A stretch of 64,000 bases of DNA from the human T2T-CHM13v2.0 reference genome, Homo sapiens, in the NCBI RefSeq assembly GCF_009914755.1, contig NC_060939.1; one strand, 5' to 3'. The position numbers and the translations under genes are program-made. The notes beneath the pieces were generated by a model that was given only the letters and a program-made list of their open reading frames with translations, made no database searches and had not been told where the DNA came from. This document shows positions 22,751 through 40,472 of this stretch, piece by piece; the stretch's first letter is position 1, and the number at the start of each line of letters is the position of its first letter.

Positions 22751-23484
22751 AGGGTGAAGGGCAACGGTCATTAGCACTTAGATTTCAGCTCTGGGCCCAG
22801 CTCCTTCTGTTGGGCTATTTTGACCAGAGAACCTTTAACCCTTTCACGCCAGCCCTCCCTCTAGAGAAGGCCAGATTGTCCAAAGGGGGAAAGTAAGAGA
22901 GGGAACTTAGATGCACCCATATGAAGAAGGTTCAAAATGTTTTTTGTGCTCACTTCTTCATAGGAATAGCAGACAAAATACCCGCAAATTAGAAAAATGT
23001 TAATTATAGCCAAAACAAACGAAAAGTCCTCAGAAAGTTTTAATATTTTTAGTTTTGGGGAAAGGAGTGCATTTATTAAATATGACTGTGAAACTGCTGG
23101 GCCAGTGTGGAGAGAGTCTGTAAAATATTCCAGACTTTTCGCCCATAACTGTGTTTACCCAAATGTGTGTGAGTGGTGATGAGACTCTGCTAGCTATAGA
23201 CAACTCCATTTATGTGCTGGTGATGAAGTCTCCATTGCAGCCAGTCTCATTTACAGTTGAAAATAAGTTAGACAGTTGGCTTTTCCCTTTTGAGACGTTC
23301 CTATAATAAAATGAGGTAAAAGTAATTGTAACTAATGGAATTCATAAAGTACATTCATTAAGCATGTACATAATGCCCACAGGCTGTGGGTATTCAGGTA
23401 TTAATATGCTTGGCTTTTCCACCCCAATCTGAGGAGAAGCAGCCGCACACTTAGCAGTTTTCAGTGGAAGATCCAACTAGTCCT

Positions 23485-23497
23485 CTTAATTATTAAC
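23485..23497. promoter_or_regulatory. HNF1 (HNF1A/HNF1B) site
   Basis: CTTAATTATTAAC, one mismatch from GTTAATNATTAAC. Confidence 0.5.
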
Positions 23498-24407
23498 CAG
23501 GAAGCCTAAAAACAGCTATATTAGCAAGATATCATTTTAAGGCTTGGAAATCTAAGTCCTTCAGCAGGCTAGTTAGCAATAGAGGAAGAACTCAGAGCTT
23601 CTAGCTTCCAGCGCCTGGTTCTAAACATTAAATCTAGTCCTTACTTTTTGGAAGTAACTATCAAGCAATCAATTAATCAATCAGGCATTCAGCATTGAAG
23701 CACCTTAGAAAATTTTTCATTGGATAACAATGAATAATGCATGGCCCTCCAGTATATTGACTGTGGTAAATGGTCTTTAAGGTAAGGTGCTGCAACAAGT
23801 ACCTTTAAATAAAATCAAATAAAAAGTTTACCACAATCATAATAAATTGTTCAGTCATCTTCTTATTGACCCACATAGTGTCTTTCTTCAGGGGCATTTG
23901 GAGTTATTTTTTCCCCCTTACAAACAGACCAGAACAAATTGATGAATTGAGCTTTCGCTATGCTAATTTAGACATTATAAATATTTAATTAACATCCCTA
24001 ATAGCCAGTCATAGAGCCCCCCCTCCACACTGCTTTACACTCTTCTTAATCTAAAGTAAATGCTTTTCCCATTAATAGCCTGATGCCATATTAGCGCTTC
24101 CTCGGTAAAAGGGCCCCATTTAGTCCAAAAGGAGGGAGCATTGAGTAGTCTGCATTAGGTAGGGGTTTATGCCTGTTTGTAAAGGATCCTGGGAGCCGTT
24201 ACACATCTCTACAAATTCTACCTTTCTTGGTTCTTGCTTAAGTGAAACCATTCTAAGAAGTGGGGGAGCCTCTCAATTTCATTTTTTGAGATACTTTTGA
24301 GGTTGTAGTAGAATAAAACTATTTATTTTAGTAAGCCCTAGAAGTGGGTCATAGATAATGGATAACAAATTTCTAACCAGGGACTGTGCTAGTCTTTTCA
24401 GCAAAAG

Positions 24408-24622
24408 TTATGCAGTGAAAATAATTTTGAACCAGGAGTCAAAGGACCTAAGTTCAAATCCTATGGCACCCACTAGCAGTGGGACTCTTGGGCAAGGGAT
24501 TTAACCCCTCAGAACTTCAGTTTTCTCTTTTAAAATGGAGATAATGTCTATGCCACAGAGTTAAAGATTGAATGGGAGAATGTATGTGAAATTGCTTGGC
24601 ATATAGTAGAAATAAATATTAG
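24408..24622 (+). mobile_element. MIR SINE (diverged)
   Basis: MIR core-like: ggagtcaaaggacctaagttcaaatcc...ttgggcaag...ttaacccctc...cttcagttttctc...taaaatggagataat. Confidence 0.75.
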
Positions 24623-26747
24623 GTTAATTCCTAAATGACTGCCCCAAATTCATGAGTCCTTCTCTCCCCTTATATTTATTCTTGTCATCCTTAAAATACC
24701 CTATTATCATAATCTAACATTGCAATAGCACTTTATATTTGCAAGCATTGTTTGTCTTATTAATCCTTTGATTTAGTTTCTATAATGTAAAATAGGGAGA
24801 AACTAGAAGACCTAAACTCTGATCAAGAGACAGTTTAAAAACAGATACTGGAACTTAGATGCTCAAAAGCTCTGAGTCATAAACTCTGATGACTGAAATG
24901 TCCTTCCACAACAGTCCTTGTGTGGTTTAGAAAGATTCCAGAAGCTGCATTATATTTCCCTGGGGGTAGGAATCAGGTCAGAACGGAGAGTTCAAGAAAT
25001 TAGAAGCTCTCCAGGCTGATCTAACTCTGGAACTAGAATCTGCAGATGCTGAACATTAAATAGCTGAAAAAAGGAAAAGAAGCTTCAGACAATTTAAATG
25101 TAAAACATTGGAATGATAAGCCAGTTTATTCTGAGAATATTTCTCTATCTGAGAAAAATGGACTTAACTTGTGGGATATTGCTGGTTATAGAGAGAGTAG
25201 AAACTCTGAGTTATTCTTTTTGTTTGCCAGTACAAAATAAATACCACTTAATGTAATATACACATTAATACTGACAAGAGAGATATTTATCTAGATAAAT
25301 AATCCTAGTAAAATCACATATTTTGATTTTTGGTGGAAATCAAATTTTTCTTTTCCTTTTTGGTTAGCGGTGGAAAGGCCCAGATAGAAAAAATAATGGG
25401 AAAAGGGCAAGAAATTGGCTGGAACTATTTCCTAAGTAGCAGGGAGTGGCAGGAGGTGTGAGCTGACAGACAGCAGAGACTGTCCTTGGATAGCCACCCT
25501 CTCTTTCATGCTCTGCTCTTCTACTCTCCCTCTGTCATTTTCTCTTTCTAAGATGTGCTGATCTGTTGAATAGGAAGGGAAACATTTTTGCACCCTCCCC
25601 CAACATTTTGCTTGACATACCTATGGGGAAAGTTTTCGACAAGTGCTTCCCAGGGGTGTGTCCCACAGAGTCACTCCCTGAGAACACCATCAATTTGTTC
25701 TACAGGAATGATTGGTGTGGGCCCAGAGAACTCTCATTATCTACTTCTTGGGCTTTCCATGTGAAGACAAGGGGCCTCTTGGAGTTAGGCTATGGAAAAC
25801 TGCCCTGAAGCTCTTGGAAACAAGGTAGAAAGTGATTTGCAGAATGAAAAACTTTGTTTCTTAGCTATTCACTGCCCACTATGTGCTGGGCTCCTTGCTG
25901 GGTATACAGGGGTTCAGAGAAAGTAAGAAATAGGACCTTTTCTGTATCTGAGGGAAGTGACAGACATTTAGATGGCATTTCAGAGATCCGAGGAAAGCTG
26001 GGAGAGAGGGTGGGGAGCTGCCAGGGACAGGGAGTTTGTCACCAAAGGCTTTACCTAGGAGGATGAGATGGAGCTGGGCAGGTGAGAATGATTGTAGAGG
26101 AAGAACATAGAGAAAAACAGAATGAATAAAGTGCCCAGCCTGGCAGACATGAGGGTAATAGCTCCAAGAGAAAGTCAGCTGGGGCCTGGGAAGGGCCTAT
26201 TGCCAAGTTGGGTTTTGATTTTCTCATTTACCCAACAGGGAACCAATAGAAGTTTTTAAGCAGGTAAATAAGGTAATAGGATTTATTGCTTAGGAAAAGA
26301 ACTGGTTTAAGAGTGAGGAGAGTGGGGACAGGGAGGTCAGTAGAAACACAAGAGCAACACACACAAACAAAGCTGGTGTTCATGTTGTTGGTGTATAAAG
26401 CGTTAGTTCATTAAATAATTTTCCAGATATCCATTTTTTCTTAAGTACAAAAATCGAAGTATCAAATTTATTTGAGGAGAATAAGTGTGATGTTTTTCTA
26501 TTTACTATTATTGTTGTTTAATTTTCCCTTCTATTACCATAAGCACCCCATCATTTTGCCTCTGAATTTTGTTGTTCTCTGTTGAAGTTGATTGGCTTGT
26601 TGTGAGTGGACAACCATTGTCTTAGAACTGAGGTTCTGCCTGTGTCTGAAGCTTGTTCTCAGTGGCTATGTGCACTGGTCACATTTGAACAAAACACACG
26701 GCAACTCAAAAAGCCTTGAAGAACAATGCGAATCCTCACTCTGTCTT

Positions 26748-27051
<304 letters not shown>

Positions 27052-27859
27052 CACTTTGTCTTCTTGAAAGTGTTTTAAAACCTGCACTGCCCTTTCTTAT
27101 ATGACACTCTACACAATAAACTTCCCAAAGTTCATATTTAGATGTCTGTTCTTTCTTGCAAGTTTCCCTGTGTTGCTAAACAAGCTCTTCTCACCTCTCT
27201 GAGAGTCCTTTTCAGCTATCCTGCTCTTCCGTTGGCTTTCTTCTTCTTTGCTCCCTTGCTGTTCACATACCATCAGGTGTAGAAGCCCATTTCCCCAGGG
27301 CAGTCCTGTGGGAGTGTCTCCTTCACCAGCTGGATTTCTTAAGCATCCCTGCTAGAATTTTGGGGGGAAAAGCCTCTTTCTTCTTATACTGGGGGAATAT
27401 AATACTCGCACCCACAAAAGAGCAGAGAACATTGAACTGCTAAGAGGTTTGATAGACTGTGTGTGGTGAGAATTCAGAGAGGAGAAGATCAACTGGACTA
27501 GAGTAATCAGAGAAGGCTTGAGCCAAGATTGGTAGGATTTGGGGAAGTGGGAGGGAGGCCACAGAACATTTTGGTTGTGAGAACTAGCCCACAAAATGAG
27601 CAAAGGTACAGGCCTAGGAACTGAAGATTTTCTTTGTGCCTTACACTAGAAAATGAAGTACAGAGTCAAGCAAAACTATAGAGCAGAGTTGGGAGACTCT
27701 CAGAAGATCATCTGGTCTGTCTGTCCTTGAAACAGAGAGCTCAAATAGGCAATGATTAATCATTATTTTCAATACCTGTGGATAGCTTATTTATCCCATC
27801 CTTAGGGGAATCTGTAATTTCTAAGTAATGAGCAAATGAACTGCCAAGTCAATATCCAT

Positions 27860-28335
27860 ATTCCTGTTCTTCCATATTAACAAAACTCCTGTATTGCTGG
27901 ATGTAGCCATGTGCCCAGATATGCAACTGTTATCTCCTAGTCTCTCTTGCAGAAAGATGTTGTGGTCCATGAGAGGTAAGCAGGTGTCTTGTGAGAATTC
28001 CAGAAAAGCACTTTAAAGGAGTATGAAACAGCTGGAATGTATGACTTGGTCCTTGCCCCTTTCTTCATCCTGATATCTGGATCACGGGCTTGATGATTGG
28101 AGCTGCAGTGACCATCTTGAAAGTAAGAGATGATTTTCAGGATAAAAGCTATGTGCTAAAGATGGCACAGCAGAAACACAGAAAGAGCTTCATTCCTGAT
28201 GACCATGGAGCCATCATTTCAGCCCTTGGTGTGTATCTCTTGATTTTTTTCATGAGAGAGATATAAGCCTCTATTTATCTAGGTCTTTTTCCAATGTGTT
28301 ACTGGAAGTTGAATATATTTCTAAGTGATATAACC
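27860..28335 (+). mobile_element. Old MaLR LTR (MLT1J-like), approximate
   Basis: ggagctgcagtgaccatcttg...aagatggcacagcagaaa...gaccatggagcc motif typical of old MLT1 LTRs. Confidence 0.5.
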
Positions 28336-28483
28336 CCTACAAACTTTGAAAGTAGATTCTAAATTCTGGCAATCCTGGCAGGAGTGTGTCTATATTATTA
28401 ATAATTCAATCAAAAGAATATAATATCTCCTCTTTGCTTCATTAGGTATTTTAATATAGTTTTGTGCTTTGAAAAAAAACTTA

Positions 28484-28772
28484 GGTCAGGCGGGGTGGTT
28501 CACGCCTTTAATCTCAACACTTTGGGAGGCCGAGGCAGGTGGATCACCTGAGGTGAGGAGTTCAAGACTAGCCTGGCCATCATGGTGAAACCCCGTCTCT
28601 ACTAAAAATATAAAAATTAGCCTGGTGTGGTAGCATGTACCTGTAATCCCAGCTACTCAGGAGGTAGGAGAATCGCTTCAACCCGGGAGGCAGAGGTTGC
28701 AGTGAGCCGAGATCACGCCACTGCACTCTAGCCTGGGAGACAGAGTGGGACTCCATCTAAAAAAAAAAAAAA
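28484..28772 (+). mobile_element. Alu (AluS-like)
   Basis: Full dimer, A14 tail. Confidence 0.95.
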
Positions 28773-28782
28773 TAGATTGTAG

Positions 28783-29065
28783 GGCTAGGGTCTCACTCTG
28801 TCACCCAGGCTGGACTGCAATAGCATGATCATAGCTTACTGCAGCCTCAAAGTCATGGGCTCAAGCCCTCCTCCCACCGCAGCCTCCCACATAGCTGAGA
28901 CTACAGGTATACACCACTGTGCCCAGCTAATTTTTAATTTTTTTTCTGTAGAGACAAAGTCTTCCTATGTTGCCCAGCTGGTTTTGAACTCCTAGCTTCA
29001 AGTGATTCTCCCACCTTGGCCTCATAAAGTGCTGGGCTTATAGGCATGAGCCACTGTGCTTGGCC
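28783..29065 (-). mobile_element. Alu (AluJ-like), tail-to-tail with the previous Alu
   Basis: gggtctcactctgtcacccaggctgg...gatcatagcttactgcagcctc...gagccactgtgcttggcc. Confidence 0.92.
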
Positions 29066-29067
29066 TG

Positions 29068-29444
29068 TGCTGCGGTTTGAATATGTTCCCTAAATTTCAT
29101 GTGTTGGAAACTTAATTCCCAATGCAATAGTGTTGTGGTGCAGGTCTAATGGAAGGTGTTAGATAACGAGGGCTCTGCCCTCATAAATGGATTTATGTTG
29201 TTATCATGAGAATAAGTTTGTTATAAAATCAAGTTTGTCCCCCCCACCCGTCGCTCCTGCTCTTGCCCTCTCTTGCCCTTCTGCCTTTTGCCAGGAGATG
29301 GTGCGGTAAGAAGGCTTTTACCAGATGCCAGTGCCATGCTCTTGGAATTCCCAGTCTCCAGAAGTATGAGCAAAATAAATTTCTGTTATTTAAAAATTAC
29401 CCAGTCTCAGTTTTCCGATATAGCCGTACAAAAGGGCTAAGACA
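29068..29444 (+). mobile_element. MaLR solo LTR (MST family)
   Basis: tgctgcggtttgaat...tcatgtgttggaaacttaattcccaatgcaa...aataaatttctgtt...ggctaagaca; TG...CA ends. Confidence 0.8.
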
Positions 29445-29800
29445 TCACGCCTGAGCATTTACATTTTCAAGTGTATATTCTTAAAATATAAATTGCTTTT
29501 TACTTCTTCCTTACATCTGTTAGAGCCTTATAAAACATGTGCATCAGTGGGTTATACTATCAGTGAATTTTACTTTAGGATAGCAAAGGAGACATAAGAA
29601 AATTTCTCTTAATAAAGAGGGTATTGGGTGTAATTGGGCTGAGCAGTGCTCTTTAGACCTATGCTACACAAAATGTCTGCTTACCCAGACTGACCCAGGC
29701 TGCTCACTAAGGCAGGTCTGCATCCAGGTGGGGGTCAAAGTGATGAAGACTGAAAAGAATGCAACAGTGCTTAGTGGAGAGGGTGCTCTAAATGATCTAG

Positions 29801-30136
<336 letters not shown>

Positions 30137-32050
30137 AAGGTTTTCTCTTGTCCTTGAATTTAATTTATTTATTGCTATGTTCCTTTGAAACTTATAGCAT
30201 TATTTTGTTCTGTTGTGATATACCCTCTTCTATTTCAGATTTATTGATATAAAATAGTGAAATCCCCAAATCTGTAGAAAGCTGTAGGAAGCTGTGTTCA
30301 CATGCCTTTTTCTGTTATTGTTGTTCTTATTTCAGTACCAGGGAATTTGGCCTCAAACCATTGACTTTTATTGTCATTACCAAGTGTAGTGACTAGTCGT
30401 ACATTACAGTGGGCAGTGTCTTATGGCTCATTTGATTAAAAACAAAGTCATCCTCCTAAAAACAATATTGAATACATAAAAATACTGAATATATCCCTTG
30501 AAATACACATTCTTTCTCCTTTGTGTTTTAGGAATTCAAAACTCATTGTCACTGCAATTGCAGTGCCTGGAAACAGAATAAAAGCAGAGTAAATAGTATA
30601 AGGAGATAGAGAGAAAGACAGTCACATTGAAATAGGAATAGAAATAGAACTAATACTGTAAATCAAAAACAAATTGAACATCTGATGCTTCTTAAACTTG
30701 TGTTATAAAATCCATCATTTTAAACAGGATCCAAAGTAAAATTCCAGCAACTTTTGTGGATTGTAGTGAATCTTATAAGTCTTAGATTTTTCTTAGGAAA
30801 ACTATCGTGAGGAGATGGCTCAGCAGGTGGAGCTCCGGATTTTTACCCCCATTCAAACCAGGGTACTTCTATTTTATAAAATATTTTGGGTATGAATTTC
30901 TTTGGGTATATACTTTTTCTCCAAAGCAATAGGAAATCAGTTTAGAACTATTTTGGTTGAACTGAAGTGGGCGTAAGTAATCAGTATTTTCTGCATGTCT
31001 GGGTAATTTCGTTCTCCCAATTTTTAGGAATATCTGTGGTTGCTAGCAAGAGAGAAAGTACAGTGAAAATTCTCTTTTACAAAGTAATTTTAGCATCCAT
31101 ACAAAAATAAATCTTGACTCATATTGGTAAAAATATTCCACTCGATTTTCTGAATTTTTATTTTTGTTTTGAATTGTTAAAGATTCTTAATTAGATATTT
31201 GACATTAGGAAAAACTAGTGATAGTTTCTTATTGACCCAGGTGGTTTATGTATTTCAAGACCTTCTTTGCCAGAATGACAATGCAAATAAAATTTTTCTC
31301 AGTAGAGATAATCCTGAATGGGGAATAATATCACAATTTTCAGGGATATTAGAGGATGACACAGACATTTAAAACATGGTTTAAAAATGAATTCAAGAGA
31401 TGTAACATTATAGGTTCTTAAGAGTTTTTACAAAATAGGACATATATTTGCTGCTGACTTAATATAACTCTGTAGGATGAATTGTAGCCTGAAATTCCAT
31501 TAATGCTTAATTCACACTTAAGTTGAGGTAGACATGGCCATTTTATGCATTATGACCTCTCTGCATGTTTCAGTTTTCCAATTGTCAGAAAAGAATGATG
31601 TTATCTGCCAGTTTCAAATTTTATCTATGAGGCAAAAATAAAGGAATATAAATGTTAGATTTAAATAAAAGGACAGAGATGGAAGGTATTAGGATAATCA
31701 TTTCTTTTGGATGTAGGCAGTATGCCACCCTCCTTCTGCTGATTCCAGCAAAGCTGAAATATATTTGCTCAAAATCAATAAATGTGTCTGTTAATTTGAT
31801 GCTTAAAGCATAGCAGTTGAGGGCTACAGTGGCACAAGACAGGAATGGAGATTTGGCAGAGGCTGGACCAGATGGCATCATGTGGGTCATGATAAAAACA
31901 TTGGTGTTGTAGTCCAAATGCAATAGAAGCCCTTGAAGACTTTTTTTAAAACTCTTGGTTTATTCATTGAATTATATTTTTCATTGTGAATATGTAACAT
32001 TAAAAAAATCTGAAATTACTGTATGTTACAATCATCAACGGTTTTAAGAT

Positions 32051-35150
<3,100 letters not shown>

Positions 35151-36396
35151 TGTTTAAAAAATACTTTTTGGGCTGTTCCCTGGGGAATGAATAGCGGAGG
35201 TTCAAGGGTGGGAAGCTTTTAGGGGGCGATTGCAGCTTCACCTGAGGAAGGAAGGTTTGGACTAAGGTAATGGCAGTAGAGAGGCAGAAGAATGGGGATT
35301 TTTGGAAAATGATTCAGAAGTGGAACTGATAGCAATTGTTGATGAATTGGAAATGTGGCAGTGAGGGGAAACAATTTAAAAGATAACTATTAGATGGTTG
35401 GCTGAAGCCACCAGATGGATGGTGGTGCCATTTTACAGAGATGAGGTGACTGGGGGAGGAGCAGGATATTCTTTTGAGAAAGAGAGGGAGGAGGAAATAG
35501 TCTCCATTTCGCATTTTACATTTGAGGAACCTTTTATATGTCCTCATTTCTTCCTATGAGAGATGATAAAAGACAGTGAAACCATCATGGGTCAGTTTAA
35601 TGCTGTGAAACCAGTGAAATGGATATATTGAATTATGAAATCACAGTGTGGTATACTGTATCTAATTTGTTTTTCTGAAGATCCTACATTGAAGAGGATT
35701 TGTTTATTGTTTTTAGGAATTTCGTTGAAATGCTGTAATGTGTCAGTTTGATCAGACTCTTACAGGCAAGAGAGTGGCCTGTACTCAGAAAAACCTAGGA
35801 GCATACTTATGTGAGAGGAAATTGCTGCTGGAACATAACTATAGATTTACTCTTCCCGTGGTGACTGTGAAGGAGGCAATACCAATGCACGGTGGCAAAG
35901 AGATGGTTTCCCAAAGTCATTTGCTTTCGGTTAAAGATCTTTTATCAGTCAGTAGATTATCTGTTATAACAAACTCTGATAATTCTCATATCCCAGAAAT
36001 TGCCCTACTTAGTTTTAAAGAAAATCTAAAAGTACTATGAAATATCAGCCCTATCCTGCTATCAATTTGGATAGAATTAGATCTTAAATAGACTCCACTG
36101 TAATCATCTTGACTGGCATGTTACAAGAGTTTTCTTCTAGGTGCAGAGTACGCAAAAGTCTCACTAACCCATGCCATTTCGCTTCGAGGGACAGAATATG
36201 GAAATGGTGTAATTAATGGCTATACTCAATTTATATTGCTTCTATTAAAAATAATAGAAGCTACAGCAAGAATCTTAATTTTATTTTATAATGCTCCACA
36301 ATACATTTCAGAGACATGTCTCTAAGGTTATCTGTATTCATTATCTATCTTTTCTATCTATCCATCCATCTATCTTTCTATCTATCCTCTCTGTGT

Positions 36397-36511
36397 TAGG
36401 GTGTCCAACTTGTTCCTGATTTGCCTGGGACTCTCCTAGTTTTAGACCTGAAAGTCTTGAATTCCAGATACCTCCTCAGTCCCCGGTAAGTTGGGATGAT
36501 TGGTCACCCTG
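36397..36511 (+). mobile_element. MER81-like non-autonomous hAT DNA transposon
   Basis: Terminal inverted repeats TAGGGTGTCCAA...TTGGTCACCCTG, ~115 bp, imperfect 8-bp flanks ctctgtgt/atttgtgt. Confidence 0.8.
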
Positions 36512-37147
36512 ATTTGTGTAAGTGTGTGTGTATGTGTGTAAGTGTATGATCCGATTCAAAGAGGTTTTTAAGAAATGCAGCGGAGAGATGCAGTTTTGTC
36601 CACTTTTAACTGAGATTGCTTTTACTGATCTATCCAGGGTGTAGATTTATAATCCTATGATGTTTAATAGATAATTTCACCTAACATCTTTTCAGTGTCT
36701 TATATCATCAAATAATTGCTATTCTTTTAGAGACCTTGGGAAGTCTCTTGGAGTTTTTTCCAGCTTTATGATTCTACCTTTCCAAATCTAGTCTATTCAA
36801 ACCCTGTCATATCTTAATGTCCTTCCTGTCAAGTTTCAGTTACCGAGAAACACCCCTTCCCTTGTAATCACATTTACTTCTCACAAATCTTCACTGCAGA
36901 CACAGAACTGTTTTCTTGTCTTGTCTAGTTTTTTCTTTTCAATTTTTCACCTTCTTGCCTAAATATTCTGTCTTCCTCCTATAATTGCCCTTCTACTTAG
37001 TCATCAGTTATTGTTTTGAATACTCTTATTCTTCAAAAACCCTCCATAATAATAGATACCTTGTGGCATGATTAATTTGAATTATTTATTTGAAATTTGT
37101 GGCAGTTGGATTGGGCTTTATATTATCCACCAAAAACATTTTGTCCT

Positions 37148-37487
<340 letters not shown>

Positions 37488-37856
37488 CTAATGAAAAGTG
37501 CAAACAAAATGGACAGAGGTGGTAGGAAGATAAACAGAAAGAATGTTTAAGAAATTGAATTGTATATTCAAGTTTTGAAAATCAGTATCATTAATGTTGA
37601 CAATAATACTGTGTAATATTTATGTGTCTCTGTTAGTGCAGATCCAATGACACATCTTTTTTCCGTTTATTATCTTAGTCTAAATATGTATATGTACATA
37701 TGTACATAATACACACAAATATATGTGTTACATAATATATATCTATATATATTTGAAAAATACAATTAAAGCTACTTATTTGTAAACAAATCAGAGAAAT
37801 TTATTTAAAATTAAAACAATAGCTAAAGCTAATATATACACATGTTAAAAACTCAA

Positions 37857-38175
37857 GGCTTAGTGCAGTGGCTCACGCCTGATATCCCAGCACTTTGGGA
37901 GGCTGAGGCGGGTGGATCACTTGAGGTCAGGAGTTCAATACCAGCCTGGCCAACATGGTGAAACCCTGTCTCTACTAAAAGTACAGAAATTAGTTGGGCT
38001 TAGTAGCAGGCAACTGTAATCCCCACTACTCAGGAGGCAGGAGAATCCCTTGAATCCAGGAGACAGAGGTTCCAGTGAGCTGAGATCATGCCAATGCACT
38101 CCAGCCTGGGTGACACAATAAGACTCCATCTCAAACAACAACAACCACAACAACCACCACAAACCCCCCTCCCCC
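37857..38175 (+). mobile_element. Alu (AluS-like) with a tail eroded to AAC/ACC/C runs
   Basis: Full dimer; flanks aaaactcaa/aaacctcaa. Confidence 0.93.
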
Positions 38176-39220
38176 AAACCTCAAAACATAGTAAAGTATG
38201 AAATGAAAAATAAAACTCTTTCTCTGTATATTCCCTCAACCCTAGGAATTACTGTCAGTTTCTCATGTAGTCTTTTAAACATTAAAACATTTTAAAAATT
38301 TCCCCATGTGTATGCAGGCATATGCTTTTAAACATTTATACAAATGGAACATGTTACAACCAGTCTTGTGAGTCTTTTTTGTTTGTTTTGTTTGATAACG
38401 TATCTTAAAGATATTTCCAGTCCATATCAACTAGATCTACCTAATTTTTGTCAGAACTGTGAAGTATTCAACTGTTTGGATATGCTATGATTTATTTAAC
38501 TGGACCCCTAATTATGGATTTTTAGTTTTTTCCTGATTGTTTTCTCTATTGGAAACAAAACTGTGACTTATAGTTCTATGTGAGTGTGTGTATATTCTGA
38601 GCTGTGGAATTACAGGGTTAGAGTATACACGTTGAAAAAAATGTTAACAGGTTTTTCCAAAACATCCCCACCTGAAATGTACTGATTTATCCTTTCCAAC
38701 AGTGTATGAGAATGCCCATTGCCCACTTATCATAAAAAAGTATGTATTTTCAGTAATAAAACATTTGATATTCTGGCAAAAATTCCAAGTCAGGTATCGC
38801 ACTCTTATTTTGATTTTTAATCTTGAAAACTTTCTTTGTGAAGCACTTGCAGCTCCCAGCAAGAGTCACTTCCTCCTCCTCTGGCATTGACTGGAGATTC
38901 TTGTACTGAGAACTAGTTTCCTCATTCAACCTTTCCCCAGAATGAGCCACTTGAACAAAAGGTGGTGATTGGTGGGGTGTGGGGGCTGGGTCCTGAGAGG
39001 TTGAGTAAGTGGTTTTAGGACACGTAAGCCTCATGATCTTTGGTGAGTCCTTATGGAGAGGAGATGGGTCATACTACTGGGTTCAGGTTGGAAAACTCTG
39101 GATTTGTGAAAAAGCAGTGATTTCTTGGAAAAAATAATGGAATATAGAGGTTTATTTCTGTCTGGCCATTGACAAAGTAACTCCCGTTCCTTACAAGCTC
39201 ATTTGCATGGGGGGCAGCAG

Positions 39221-39447
39221 CCCAGCATGGTGGTGAGTAGCTGGGATTCTAAAGCCTGGCTGTGTGGGCCTGGGTCTTGGTACCTCTACCTGGCAGCTAT
39301 GTGAACTTGTGCCTCAGTTTCCTCATTCATAACATGACAAGGTTACTAATCATGGATACATCACAGGGTTGTTATGAGGACCAAACATGTTAATATCTGA
39401 GAAGCACTAAGAGCTGTACATGGCACATGGTAAGCCCTAAACAAAGG
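39221..39447 (+). mobile_element. MIR SINE
   Basis: gcctcagtttcctcatt...cacagggttgttatgaggac...gcact...tggcacatggtaagc. Confidence 0.8.
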
Positions 39448-40472
39448 TTTGTTCAGTGAGATAAATGGGCTAGTTGGTGAGTGGCTTTTCTCTTCGAGCA
39501 AGTTTGAGAGTGCACACTTCTAATTTTTTCCTTCTGTTCTTCAGTGACCTTTTGGCTATTTTCAGAATGCTCTCTTTCTAAACTCATTAGCAACAATAAA
39601 CAGTTGAGTAAAATTGATGAAGTCTAAACATGAATGCCAATGGAGGTGAGCAGCTGGTTTTTGGAGTATTTTATTTGGTTTGCAAAAGAGCCCATAGTAG
39701 TATGATATCAGGTGGAGCTCCCTGTGCACCTTTACTTAGGAATAATGCCTTTGGGTTAGCTCCCATTGCACTGCATTGCTAGGTAGAAGCAGATGCATCT
39801 TGAATCACTAGGTCCTGTCTCAGGACAGGGCTGGCCTGATTATGGAAGTTATGGAAGGAACTGGGGGCAGATTGGTAGAGGAAAAAACCGGGCCTTTAGT
39901 CTGCGATGAGTAGGCGCTTGGACGAAGATAAGGCAAGGCTTCTCTATTGTGCCAGGCACATAGTAGGCCTTCATGGTATTTTTGACTAACTGAACTGAGC
40001 TCAGAGGAGCTGCAGAAAATTCCTGTGGTGTTCTGGGCCTGGTCAGTTCAAACCAATTGAGACAGGGGTTACTCAGAGGAAAGGGACTTATTGGTTGGGA
40101 GTAAAAAAGGATGCCCTCTTGTCCTTACTTTGGCCACACTCTCCTATATGTCTCTTGTCTCTGTAGATCCTGGCTCTGACTGGTGCCTCCTTATTTGTAA
40201 ATAAATTATATGTTTTCCAGATTGTACTTGCTTATCAAATGGTGAAGAGTAGAAAGAAGAAAAATCTCATTTTCATTCTTACCATCAAGAGATAGCCATT
40301 GTATTACTGGCTGTAGCTAATTCCATTCCATTCCATTCCTTGAAATGATTCCATGTAATCATTTATTCTATATTTTTAAATTGTTATAGAATACTTAAGA
40401 GGTACCAAAAGGTATAAGGAATAGTACAGCCAACAATCAGTTACCCACCATCCTGCTAAAGAAATGAAACAT

